Below, in pieces: positions 30,802-41,300 of a DNA stretch of 64,000 nucleotides. The stretch is taken from positions 3,360,001 through 3,424,000 of the forward strand of contig OZ241917.1 of NCBI GenBank assembly GCA_965203805.1. Reading direction: 5' to 3'. A program made the position numbers and the translations under genes. Source of the stretch: Candidatus Latescibacterota bacterium (GTDB taxonomy: Bacteria > Latescibacterota > UBA2968 > GCA-2709665). Position 1 is the stretch's first letter, and each line of letters begins with the position of its first letter. The notes beneath the pieces were generated by a model. That model saw nothing but the letters and a program-made list of their open reading frames with translations, was not told the origin of the DNA and did not search any database.

Positions 30802-31530
30802 ATGGAATCTATTTCATCCGCGCCGCGTGCCGCGGACCCCGTCGCCGACACGTTCAATCGCGACGGGTTCTACATCGCGAAGGGGCTCTATCGCCCTGAG
30901 GAGATGCTGGACTGGAAAGCGCGCGTGATCCGGATCCTCGAAGCGGGCGGTCACATCAGCAAGGACCCGAAGGGAAGCGGCGTCCACGTATTCATGGCGG
31001 ATGTACTGAACCCCTTTTTCAGCGATCGGATGCAGGATTCGTGCGTCGTATCCATTCTCAAACGGATCATTGGTCCGAACGTGGAATTCCTGAGCGTGAA
31101 GTCGGTCTACAAGAACAAATTCACCACGTTCGGATCGCCCTGGCACCAGGACTGGTACTACTGGAAAGGCGCGACCAAGATCTCCGTGTGGATCGCGCTG
31201 GACGACGCCACGCCCGAGAACGGCTGCCTGAAGATGATCGCCGGCAGCCACGTCAAGCGATTCAAGGTGAAACAGGTCAGGGCGGAAAACGGCTTCGGGT
31301 GGCGCATCGGAAATGAAGAGTTCGCGGGGCTCCCCGAGACCACGTTCGCCGTGAACCGGGGCGATGCGGTTTTCTTTCACGACCAGACCCTGCACAGTTC
31401 CTATCCGAACACCACAGGCGCGGACCGCTGGAGCTTTATTTCCACCTACCGGGATGCGTCCGTGCGGGACGAATCCACGGTCTGGAAACATCCGATGGTT
31501 GTCGCCGGCGAGAGCGTGAACGTTGGTTGA
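30802..31530 (+). CDS. Phytanoyl-CoA dioxygenase (PhyH)-family Fe(II)/2OG oxygenase
   Basis: FNRDGF, PWHQD (HxD), WIALDDATPENGCL, GSH and LHSSYPN..DR motifs. Confidence 0.9.
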   Translation: MESISSAPRAADPVADTFNRDGFYIAKGLYRPEEMLDWKARVIRILEAGGHISKDPKGSGVHVFMADVLNPFFSDRMQDSCVVSILKRIIGPNVEFLSVKSVYKNKFTTFGSPWHQDWYYWKGATKISVWIALDDATPENGCLKMIAGSHVKRFKVKQVRAENGFGWRIGNEEFAGLPETTFAVNRGDAVFFHDQTLHSSYPNTTGADRWSFISTYRDASVRDESTVWKHPMVVAGESVNVG

Positions 31531-31544
31531 ACCGGACAGCGGAT

Positions 31545-32050
31545 GAGGACGTCGAGGGCGCAGACGTGCCGCCTCTCAGGTATCGACACGTAAAAGCCGT
31601 GAGGTGATGGTCCGATGCTGCGGTAGATCCTTCGTCAGCCTGCCTGCCGATGAATCTCCGGCAGGCAAGGCGGCTTCCTCTGGATGACAGGTTTGGGCAA
31701 TGGTGTGATTGATACACTTCCTCAATGGTTATTGCTAAACATGTCATTCTGAGCGAAGCGAAGAATCTCCCGTCTTCTGGGCTTGACTTACAGCGAAAGC
31801 CTTCGCCGACCCGTATGCGCGGAGGCATGGTCTCCCTCGCGCCGCCTCAGCATGACAATCAGGGGGAAGGTGTGACGGAACCATTTCGCGGTTCAATAAT
31901 GAGAGACGTTTATTGAACATCTCCACACGTGGTCATTGCTTGTGCTGAGCCTGCCGAAGTAAGCTTGTCGAAATGCCCGTATTCAGGTAGCCCAATTCAC
32001 GCGAAGCGGCAGACAGGAATGTCTGCCCCACCCTCACAGCGGATTCCTGA
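31545..32050. repeat. Family-2 palindromic array
   Basis: AGATCCTTCGTC..CTGGATGAC, GTCATTCTGAGCGAAGCGAAGAATCT..CTCAGCATGAC and CAGACAGGAATGTCTG modules shared with the 14 kb and 35 kb arrays. Confidence 0.9.
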
Positions 32051-34858
32051 ATGCCCGGTCCACGAAATCTCATCGCAATCCTGAAGCGCCATATCGTGCC
32101 GCCGGCTTCACGGTCGTTTCTCGTCGACCTGGGTCTCGCGGCCGGTTTTTTCTGCGCCTGGCTCGTCCTGTGCGGTTTTTCGCCCGTGGTCGCGGCAGCG
32201 GCCGACGAGTTGCGCCTGGCCGTGAGGACCGGCCCATACCGCCTGCATTGGCCTCCCCTCGGACCGGCGGCCATTGGCGTTGCGGGCCTGGTCCTTGCGT
32301 GGGTCCGACATCGCACGCCCTCTTTACGATTGGCCCTCCACGAACGCCTCCAACGCGCAACGTTACTGGCCGCCGCGCTGCTGGCCCTGCGCCTCCTCGC
32401 CCTCTTTGATCCGCTCGTCTACGTATTCCCCTACTTGACCCTCCTCTGGTCCCCCCACGCGCTGTGGGCTATCGCGCTCGTCTTCCTCGGGTACGTACAT
32501 CTGCCTCTCACGCGGGCATCCTGGTCCCCTCGAAAAACTCGTATCGCGGCGGGCGCCCTGTTGGCCGTGTGCCTGCCGATGTACGTACTCTACGCGCTCT
32601 ACTTCTGCCAGGTCACGATGCTCCACAGCGACGAGGGCCAGTACCTGCGGGTGACGCAGAGCCTCGTTCACGACGGGGACATGGACTTGGCCAACAACCT
32701 CGATATCGAACAGATCAAGGAATTCCACGTCACGAACTTCGGCGTCAACAAAGCCCCCGCGTCTCCCGAAGGCAAAGTCCATTCCACACATCCGATCGGC
32801 CTTTCCATCGCCCTTGTGCCCGCGTACTGGTGGGGTCTGGAACAATGGGAGAACCCGCGCCTGGCTACGGCGCTGTTTATCGTATTGTTTGCCAGCATCT
32901 GCGTCCCCCTGCTCTACATCTATCTGATACGGATTGGCGCCGAACCCTGGGCGGCGCTGGCGGCAACGTGCATGGTGGCCATTGTCGGGCCGTATTTTTA
33001 CTATTCCAACCAGACCTACCCGGAAATTCCGGCCATCGCCATCGTCCTGACCACCTTGATCGCCTTTTCTCACTGGCAGACCCCCGGTGGCCGGTACCGT
33101 TCCCTGGGACGATGGGAAAACCCACTGGTGGGACTGCTGACCTTGCTGCTTTGCGTTCTGCCCTTCTTGCATCCGCGCCTTGTTCCGTTGGGACTGTGCT
33201 GTGGCGCGCTCGTGCTTCTACAGGCCTGGCGAAGCCGAAGACGATGGTGCGCGTTCGCGGCAATCGGTCTTGTCGTCGCCGTCGGCCTTTACGCGCTCGT
33301 TGCATTCCATTTTGCTTTCAGCGAGGACTGGCTGGGGCCGCTCCGCCCCGGAAGCGGCGCATGGGACGAGGGCGCTCTCGATATAGGGATCTGGAAGATC
33401 TCCCTCCCCGGCCACTGGTTACACGTTGGCAGAGGCATTCTCAATACGTCACCCGTCTATTTCTTCGCCCTGTCCGGGCTGCTGACCCTGGGCAAATTGC
33501 GAGACCGGCGCGTGGCTATCGCCGTAGCGCTCTATGCGGCTACCGCCGGCATCAACGGCCTGCATGACAATTGGCTCTTCGGACACGACCTTCCCGGCCG
33601 CTTTATGATGACCGCCCTACCGGTGCTTGCCATCGGCCTGGCCTGGGGTCTTCCCCGGTTGATGAGAAGCGCGACGTCAAGTTTTTTCGTGGCGTTAGCC
33701 CTGGCGATCAGCCTTGAAAGCATTTTTCATACCTCCCTGCTTACCGAAGCCGGATATATGGGCGATAACCTGCTCGGACGGTCTATCAACCGCTTCTATC
33801 CGACTCATCTGCATTATTTCGGTCCGGAGCAGAAGGCACTGCCGTTTCTCGACCTTATCTTCTGGGCGGTTCTGGCGTCGGCGCTGTTTCTTCGCAGCCG
33901 TCACACGTGGCTGCGCGCGTCCGCCGTCGCCGTTGCAGCGTTCGCTCCGATTCTGTGGAGCAAGACCGACGTGCAGGCCGCACGCTTTCAAAGAAGCAGA
34001 TTGCCCTATATGCCCCTGCTCGCAGACGAAGTCAAGCCGTTACAGCTCAAATTCAAGGTCCCGTTAAAGCCCGTGGGCGAAAAGGCAGCGGATCCAAAGG
34101 GGGGCCTGCACGCCAGGCAGGGGCACACTCCCGCGGGAAGGGTCGGATACTCGCGAGTGACTTTGCCGATGCTGAACGTCCCGCACCGCGGCATCTGTCA
34201 GTTGAATTTTCATGGCCTGCGGGTCGAAGCGTCCGAAGGGGAGATTTCAGGCTATCTGACCCTTGCGCGCCGGTATACCGTTCCTGCTGTCTCCGGATGG
34301 AATACCAGATCCAATTATCCGCTCACCGGTGGGAAAGTGAAGGGAGACCAGTCCCTCACATTTGAAATCCACCGTCCCCAGATCTATAACATCCACGCCC
34401 TTTACACCGGAACGGGCGATCTGGCGCTCGGTGGCATTCGAGCCACGTTCTTCGCAACTCCCTACCCTCCAGAACCGAGAGTGTCGGAAATTCACCGCCA
34501 GTCGTACGAAACCCATGAGTACCCCATTCTCGCCGTCCGGCGGTTTCGAAACCTGCCCGAAGGGATTTACCGCGTACGTTTCAATCTCACGGGTTCTACG
34601 TTCGCCCGCTTGTTCGAGCGCAACCCCGAACCGATCCGGACTGCGGTCTATACCCTGCCGCCCCCCGCCCTCCCCCTGGTCCTGGGCGCGCATCCCCCCT
34701 GGTGGCTGTCAATCCCCTTCGCCGGCGACGAGGCCTCAGAGTTGCGCTTTATTCTGGACAAGACCCAGGACGTTCACGTGCTGCTCCAGTACGACGGTAA
34801 GTCCGACCTGGAGCTGACGGATATCGTACTGTATCGGGAGACCTACGGACACCGGTGA
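32051..34858 (+). CDS. Large polytopic membrane protein, GT-C-like (DE loop) with soluble C-terminal region
   Basis: 935 aa. SDEGQYL..TQSLVHDGDMDL loop after the N-terminal TMs, YPE and GRFMMTALP motifs, then ~300 aa soluble tail. Confidence 0.7.
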   Translation: MPGPRNLIAILKRHIVPPASRSFLVDLGLAAGFFCAWLVLCGFSPVVAAAADELRLAVRTGPYRLHWPPLGPAAIGVAGLVLAWVRHRTPSLRLALHERLQRATLLAAALLALRLLALFDPLVYVFPYLTLLWSPHALWAIALVFLGYVHLPLTRASWSPRKTRIAAGALLAVCLPMYVLYALYFCQVTMLHSDEGQYLRVTQSLVHDGDMDLANNLDIEQIKEFHVTNFGVNKAPASPEGKVHSTHPIGLSIALVPAYWWGLEQWENPRLATALFIVLFASICVPLLYIYLIRIGAEPWAALAATCMVAIVGPYFYYSNQTYPEIPAIAIVLTTLIAFSHWQTPGGRYRSLGRWENPLVGLLTLLLCVLPFLHPRLVPLGLCCGALVLLQAWRSRRRWCAFAAIGLVVAVGLYALVAFHFAFSEDWLGPLRPGSGAWDEGALDIGIWKISLPGHWLHVGRGILNTSPVYFFALSGLLTLGKLRDRRVAIAVALYAATAGINGLHDNWLFGHDLPGRFMMTALPVLAIGLAWGLPRLMRSATSSFFVALALAISLESIFHTSLLTEAGYMGDNLLGRSINRFYPTHLHYFGPEQKALPFLDLIFWAVLASALFLRSRHTWLRASAVAVAAFAPILWSKTDVQAARFQRSRLPYMPLLADEVKPLQLKFKVPLKPVGEKAADPKGGLHARQGHTPAGRVGYSRVTLPMLNVPHRGICQLNFHGLRVEASEGEISGYLTLARRYTVPAVSGWNTRSNYPLTGGKVKGDQSLTFEIHRPQIYNIHALYTGTGDLALGGIRATFFATPYPPEPRVSEIHRQSYETHEYPILAVRRFRNLPEGIYRVRFNLTGSTFARLFERNPEPIRTAVYTLPPPALPLVLGAHPPWWLSIPFAGDEASELRFILDKTQDVHVLLQYDGKSDLELTDIVLYRETYGHR

Positions 34859-34879
34859 CGCGGCCGGGCGCAGAACGGC

Positions 34880-35590
34880 AATGCAGGCAGGCCCCACCCT
34901 CACAGACCCTAACAGCGGGTTCCTCTGGATGACAGGTTTGGCGAGGGCTCGACCGAAACACTTCGCTTATGACCATTGCAAACCATGTCATTCTGAGCGG
35001 AGCGAAGAATCTCCCGTCTTCAGGGCTTGACGTACAGCGAGAGCCTTCGCCAACCCGTATGCGCGGAGGCATGGTCTCCCTCGCGCCGCCTCAGCATGAC
35101 AGCGAGGGCGAAGACGTGCCGCCTGCCGGGTCACGGCGAATGACAGAACACGCTCAGACATCGAGCGATGCCGCAGTAGATCCTTCGTCAGCCTGCCTGC
35201 CGATGAACCGCTGGCAGGCACAGCGGCTTCCTCTGGATGACAGGTTTGGCGAGGGCTCGACCGAAACACTTTGCTTATGACCACTGCAAAACATGTCATT
35301 CTGAGCGGAGCGAAGAATCTCCCGTCTTCTCGACTTGACGTACAGCGAGAGCGTTTGCCGACCCGTATGCGCGGAGGCATGGTCTCCCTCGCGCCGCCTC
35401 AGGATGACAGCGAGGGCGAAGGCGTGACGGAACCATTTCGCCGTTCAATGACGTTTATTGAACATTTCCATACGTGGTCATTGAGCTTGTCGAAATGCCC
35501 GTATTCAGGAAGCCCAATTCACGCGAGGCAGGCAGACAGGAATGTCTGCCCCACCATCACAGCGGGTTCCTCTGGATGACAGTTCGGGCG
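34880..35590. repeat. Family-2 palindromic array with tandem copies at a 308-bp period
   Basis: TTCCTCTGGATGACAGGTTTGGCGAGGGCTCGACCGAAACACTT at 34920 and 35228. Segment 35420-35560 matches 31865-32040. Confidence 0.9.
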
Positions 35591-35612
35591 AACGTCCGGA
35601 ACAGATAATTCA

Positions 35613-35642
35613 TTGACAAGAGAGCATGTGACGGGGTATTAT
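35613..35642 (+). promoter_or_regulatory. Sigma70-type promoter for the addB/addA-like pair
   Basis: TTGACA (35613-35618), 18-bp spacer, TATTAT (35637-35642), 46 bp upstream of the ATG. Confidence 0.55.
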
Positions 35643-35688
35643 TCGCAGACGCAAAGTTCAGCCGGCCCGCGGAGACGAGAGAGCGGTT

Positions 35689-38394
35689 ATGCCTGCAATG
35701 AAACCTGACGTGAAGCCGCATGCAAAATTGCGAAGGACCGTGGTGGTGGAAGGCCGGTACGCGCGGCGATGGCATCAGACGCAAGCGGCCATTGAAGGTA
35801 AGCAGGGACTGCTGGTCATTTCCATGGAGGAGCTTGCGGCCCGTCTCGCCGGTGGATTCCTCCGGTCCATCCGGCCCGACTCCCTCAAGGCCGGTGTAAA
35901 GAAAGCCACGGCCGCGGGGTCGCTGGGCGCGCTGGACGCCATCAAGGACCTGCCCGGGTTCCAGCGCGCCGCCGTGGCCAGCCTGTCCAAAGTCTGGCGG
36001 GCCGGTCTCGCGCTGGATGGGAGCGGCGCGCCCGCGGCCGGTTCCCTGAAGATCCTTGAACGGGAAGTGCGTTCCAGGCTGCCGAAGAACCAATTGCCGG
36101 CCGGCGAGCTGGCGAATGCCGCGTTGGAGCGCGCGCACTACGCCCCCATCCTGTTCGGCCGTATCGAGATTCATGGGCGCACCGAATTGTCGCCCGTGTG
36201 GCGAAAACTCCTGTTACGGCTCAGCCGGGAGACGGACGTGGTCTGGGAGGCGGGCGCCAGGACGACGCCGGACTGGCTGGCAGGATCGGATGTATCGGTG
36301 ACATGCTCACCGCCGTCGGAACCCTGTCTCCGCGCGGTGTCGTGCGCCACCCCCCGTCACGAAATCCAGGAAGCCCTGCGGTGGGCCCGGAAGCATCTCA
36401 CGGAGGGAGTCCCCGCCCACGAAATCGCGATTGCCGCGGCGTCTCCAACGACGTGGGACGATCACATGGCGGCCCTGGCCGAGGCCGCGGACCTGCCGGT
36501 CCACTTCATCCACGGCCGAACCGTGCTGGGCAGGCCGGAGGGCCAGCTTGCCGCGGCGCTCGCGGAAATCCTCCTGCGCGGATTGTCACGGAGTCGTATG
36601 GTCCGGCTCGTGAGACTGCTCCGCCTCTGCGTCGAGGCCTTCCAGCCCTTGCCGAAAGACTGGCGGGAAGTCCTTCCGGACGATGCCCCTCTACTGTCCG
36701 CCGACCGATGGGACAACGTGTTGAACGCCCTGGCGCCCGGGGACTTCTCCGACGGAAGGGATCATCGGCCGCTTCTGAGGCGTATCATCACGACTCTAAG
36801 ACTGGGTCTGGATCGGGCGCCTGAGATCGGCGAAGCCCTCTTCGAGGAATCGAGTGCGCTGGAGATCTGGGAAAAGGCCCTGGAGGACGGACCTCCGGCC
36901 GCCCTGGACGTGACGCTTGCAGGCCTCCGCGTTCACGACGACGAGGAACCGGGCGGGGCCATCGTCTGGGGGCCGGCATCGGCCATCGCCGCGGCGCCTC
37001 GCCCGTTCACCTGGCTGGTGGGCCTGACGTCGCGCTCCTGGCCCAGACGCGCCAGCGAAGACCCGTTGCTCCCCAATCACGTCATACCGCAGAAACGCCT
37101 GGACCCGTTGCCTATCCACGAATCCGACCGCCGGGACTTCCATTCCATCCGCAGCATGACGGACCGGCAGGTCGTCTGTTCACGGGCGCGGCGCGACAGC
37201 GAGGGACGGCTCAACGGCGTTTCGCCGCTGTATCCTCAGGACGTCGCCGAGAAACGTCTCGGGCAGAGCCGGGTTCCCGAACATGCCGCAAGCTGCAGCG
37301 ATCGTTTGATGGCCAGGCCCGGCGACTTCGCCGCGCTGCCGCTGGCGCGGTCCGCCACCCGGGCCTGGATCGACTGGCGGAGCGAGAACCTCACCGCCCA
37401 CGACGGTCTGATCAGACCGGGCCATCCCGTTCTGCTCAGGGCCCTGTACCGCACGCAGTCCGCCAGTTCGCTGGTCAGGCTGCTTTGCGATCCCCTCGGA
37501 TATCTGTGGACCTATGGGTTCCGGTGGAAGGCCGCCTCGGAAACGGAAGAGCCCATGACGCTGGACGCGCTGGCGTTCGGCAAGTTGCTGCACGAGATCC
37601 TTCAGGAGGCGGTTACCCGAATGGAGGACACCGGATCCGGAGGGATCGCGGGCGCATCCAGGGACAGGATTATACAAGCTGTAGAGAAGGCGGCATTCTC
37701 GGTCGCGCAACGATGGAGCGCCGTGCGCCCGGTGCCGCCGCCCGTCATCTGGCAGAGAAAGTGTGACGAGGCGCGGGAACTGGCCGTAACCGCATTGACG
37801 CGGGACGAAACCCCGCTGCCCGGGCAGCGCACCTGGTCCGAAATTCCGTTCGGCAGCGTTCGCGAGGATGATTCCCCTGAAGCCGCGCGTACCGGTCTGC
37901 CCTGGGACCCGTCCGCGCCGGTTTACATTGACGGTACGCAGATTCGTATCAGGGGTTTCATCGACCGGCTCGATCTGTCGGCGGACGGAGGCCTGGCGCG
38001 CGTTACGGACTACAAATCGGGACGGGCGCCCGGCAAACCGATCCAGATGAACGGCGGCGCGGAATTGCAGCGGTGCCTCTACGGCTTTGCCGTGCAGTCG
38101 CTCATCGAGACGCGGCCGGACGTGGAAGCGCGCCTGGTCTATCCGCGCGGCGGCGGCCAGGCGATGGTCCTCGACGACACGCAGGAAAAACTCAGGGAAC
38201 TCGCGGCGTTTCTTAAAGCGGCCGCCACCCATTTTGTCGAAGGAAAGACGTTATCGGGTCCGGCCGCGGAAGCGCGGTGGTACGACCTTTCCTTCGCGCT
38301 TCCCGCGGGCGCGAAGGAGAGCTATCTGGATACCAAACGACCGTCGGGCGGGCGGGCGCTGGCCCCGCTGCCGATTCTGTGGGAGGCGCCCTGA
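35689..38394 (+). CDS. AddB-like inactive helicase with C-terminal PD-(D/E)XK nuclease
   Basis: SASSL..LLCDPLGY, FGKLLHEIL, EIPFG, RGFIDRLD, VTDYKSG and LQRCLY motifs. Adjacent to a UvrD gene. Confidence 0.82.
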   Translation: MPAMKPDVKPHAKLRRTVVVEGRYARRWHQTQAAIEGKQGLLVISMEELAARLAGGFLRSIRPDSLKAGVKKATAAGSLGALDAIKDLPGFQRAAVASLSKVWRAGLALDGSGAPAAGSLKILEREVRSRLPKNQLPAGELANAALERAHYAPILFGRIEIHGRTELSPVWRKLLLRLSRETDVVWEAGARTTPDWLAGSDVSVTCSPPSEPCLRAVSCATPRHEIQEALRWARKHLTEGVPAHEIAIAAASPTTWDDHMAALAEAADLPVHFIHGRTVLGRPEGQLAAALAEILLRGLSRSRMVRLVRLLRLCVEAFQPLPKDWREVLPDDAPLLSADRWDNVLNALAPGDFSDGRDHRPLLRRIITTLRLGLDRAPEIGEALFEESSALEIWEKALEDGPPAALDVTLAGLRVHDDEEPGGAIVWGPASAIAAAPRPFTWLVGLTSRSWPRRASEDPLLPNHVIPQKRLDPLPIHESDRRDFHSIRSMTDRQVVCSRARRDSEGRLNGVSPLYPQDVAEKRLGQSRVPEHAASCSDRLMARPGDFAALPLARSATRAWIDWRSENLTAHDGLIRPGHPVLLRALYRTQSASSLVRLLCDPLGYLWTYGFRWKAASETEEPMTLDALAFGKLLHEILQEAVTRMEDTGSGGIAGASRDRIIQAVEKAAFSVAQRWSAVRPVPPPVIWQRKCDEARELAVTALTRDETPLPGQRTWSEIPFGSVREDDSPEAARTGLPWDPSAPVYIDGTQIRIRGFIDRLDLSADGGLARVTDYKSGRAPGKPIQMNGGAELQRCLYGFAVQSLIETRPDVEARLVYPRGGGQAMVLDDTQEKLRELAAFLKAAATHFVEGKTLSGPAAEARWYDLSFALPAGAKESYLDTKRPSGGRALAPLPILWEAP

Positions 38395-38395
38395 A

Positions 38396-41300
38396 ATGCG
38401 GTGTGAGAAGCAACAGGCGGCGCCTGCCGACGTGGATGCGCGCATCCAGGCGCTGACCCACCACCACCGAACCCTGCTCGTCGAGGCGGGCGCCGGCAGC
38501 GGCAAGACGGCGCTCATGGCCGGTCGGGCGGCGCTGCTCGTGGCCGGAGGCGTCGCGCCGAAACGCATCGCCGCCATCACCTTTACAGAAGCGGCCGCCG
38601 CCGAGCTCCTGGAACGAATCGAACGCATCGTGAAGGACCTGTTGTCCGGCAAAGAGCTCCCCGAACTCGAACCGGCCCTGCCGGAGGGACTGCGCGAGTC
38701 CCAACGCGCCAACCTGAAAGAAGGCGCCGATTCGCTCGACGAATTGACCTGCACCACCATCCACGGCTTCTGCCAGAAACTGATCGCGCCGTACCCGGTG
38801 GAGTCGGGCCGGGACCCGGGCGCAACCATCCTGGATCCCGGCGCGGCGGACCTCGTCTTCGAGGACCTCGTGAACGCCTGGCTCTCGGCGCGGTTCGGAC
38901 GGGACCCCCGCCGGGACGGCCTGGGACGCACGCCGCCTGTAACGCCCGCGAGCCCGGACGGCGAGGACCTCTTCGCCGCCATGATGCTGAAGTCGCCGGA
39001 CGAAACCCTGAAGCTGATCGGGGAAACCGCGCATTTTCTCAAGGAGCACCGGACGGCCGGGGCGGCCGTTTCAAACGTCGATCGGGAAGCCCACGGGCGG
39101 TTCGTGAGCGCCGTCCGCGATTTCGCCCGGTGGTATCGCGAGTCCGGCATCGAAGAGCCCGGCACCGCTGCAATCGTCGACGATCTCCTGGCCGTTGCGG
39201 AAGCGCTGGGCGAATCCCGCGCCCGTACCGTGTCCGGTGAACGCCTCACCCGTCTGCTGCACCATCGACGGCCGGCGGCCTGCAAGAAGAACGAGACGAA
39301 ATTCAGACGGTGGCGGGCCCTTGGGAAATGGAAGACGGCGGCGAAGACCGCCGGGTTGAGCGCGTCGCTTGGAGGACAACGTTTCGAAAGCGGACTCGGC
39401 CTGTACGACGCGTGCGGCGAGGCGTACGTCGCATTTTGCAACAGTCTCGGCAGTATCGCGTTCGAGCGCTTCGTTGCCGAATTCGACGAGATCAGGAAGC
39501 TGTACCGGAACTTCAAGCGCGACGCAGCCCTGCTCGACTTCGACGATCTGCTGTACCAGGCGCGGGACCTCCTCCGGGACCATGAACCGGTCCGCGCGGC
39601 GCTTGCCGCGCGTTATTCCCACGTTCTGGTCGACGAATTTCAGGACACGGACCCGCTGCAGGCCGAAATCATCTGGCGACTGGGCCGCGAGGGGCCTCCG
39701 CGGGAACCCTGGCAGGACGGTCCCATTCGTCCGGGCGCGCTGTTTCTGGTTGGAGATCCCAAACAGGCCATTTACAGGTTCCGCGGCGCGGACGTACAGA
39801 CCTACCTTGCGGCGAGGCGCGCGCTGTCGACGAGGGATCCCGCCTCGATCCTGAGAATCACGGCCAACTTCCGGTCGCGGGCGCCCATTCTGGACTACGT
39901 CAACACCCACTTCGAGGGCCTGTTGCGATCGTCGGAGGGGCAGCCCGGCTTCACGCCGCTGTCCGCAACGCGCGAGGCCGGCGACGACGCGGCTGTCGCT
40001 GCCTTCGATATTGAACCCGGTGAGGGCCAAAGTACCGGGAATCAACGAGTGTCCGCCCATCGAGTACGCGAACTGGAAGCCGGCGTCGTCGCGGACGTGG
40101 TCGAGAGTTTGATCGGCGCCTTTCCCGTCTTCGACAACGAAGCGGGCGGGTCGAGAACCGCGCGGCCGATAGATATCGCGCTGTTGGCCCCCACGGGTGC
40201 GAGCCTCTGGATCTACGAGCGCGCCCTCGAGGAACGCGGCATTCCCATCGCCACGCAGGCAGGCAAGGGGTTCTTCCGGCGGCAGGAAGTCCAGGACCTG
40301 ATCGCGGTTGCCAGGGCTATCTCGGACGCCAGGGACACGCTGGCGTTCGGCGCGTTGATCCGGGGACCCCTGGTGGGTCTTTCCGACGAGCAGATTGCCG
40401 ACGAAATCCACACGCTGCGCGTCGAATCGGAACGCGCCGTCCATCTGGACGTCAGAACCGATCCATCGACTGTCAGGAGCCCGGTCCTGCGGGACACGCT
40501 GGAGGTCCTGCAGCGCCTGCGCGAGAAACGCCACCGAGCGACGCCCTATCAGATCCTCGCGGAGGCGATCGAGGCGCTTCACGTGCGCCCGATTCTAGGG
40601 GCGCGCCACCGGGGGGGCGCCGAGCGGGCGCTGGCCAACGTCGAACTGACCCTGGAGATGTCGCGGCACTACGCCGGGAGAGGCATCGAAGACTTTGCGC
40701 GGGCGCTCTGGCAGAGGTGGGAAGACGAGGAAGCCCAGGTGGAAGGCCGTCACGACGCCGCGACCGATGCCGTTTCGATCATCACCATGCATTCGGCCAA
40801 GGGCCTGGAATGGCCCATCGTCATTCCGATCAATTCAGCTACCGGCCGCCAACACCCTGAAAAATTCCTGTACCGGCGGCGGGACGACAGCGTACACTTC
40901 AAGATCTTCGGCTACGCCGGCAGCGAGCATGCGGAGGCCAGGCTCGAGGAGCTGGAGGAGCAGGACCGGGAACGCGTGCGGCTGTGGTACGTTGCCCTGA
41001 CCCGGGCGCGGGACCTGCTGCTGCTGCCCAGGCAGCGCGAGCGCAGCCGGTCGGACTGGTGGAGCCTGATCGATATCGACGTGGATTCCCTCCCGGCGTT
41101 CGATACCGGGCGTTACACCGGCTCTGACGTGACTCCCGACGACCCTGAATCCAACCTTCAGGACGGGGCAACGTGGGAACGGGAGCGTGAGGCCATCGCT
41201 GCGCACAGGCGCACGATATCCTGGCACAGGCCCAGCCGGCCTGAGGACACGGGTGCGCGGGAGGATGAACCGGCGACCGTGTCTTCCGGCCACGAATCTG

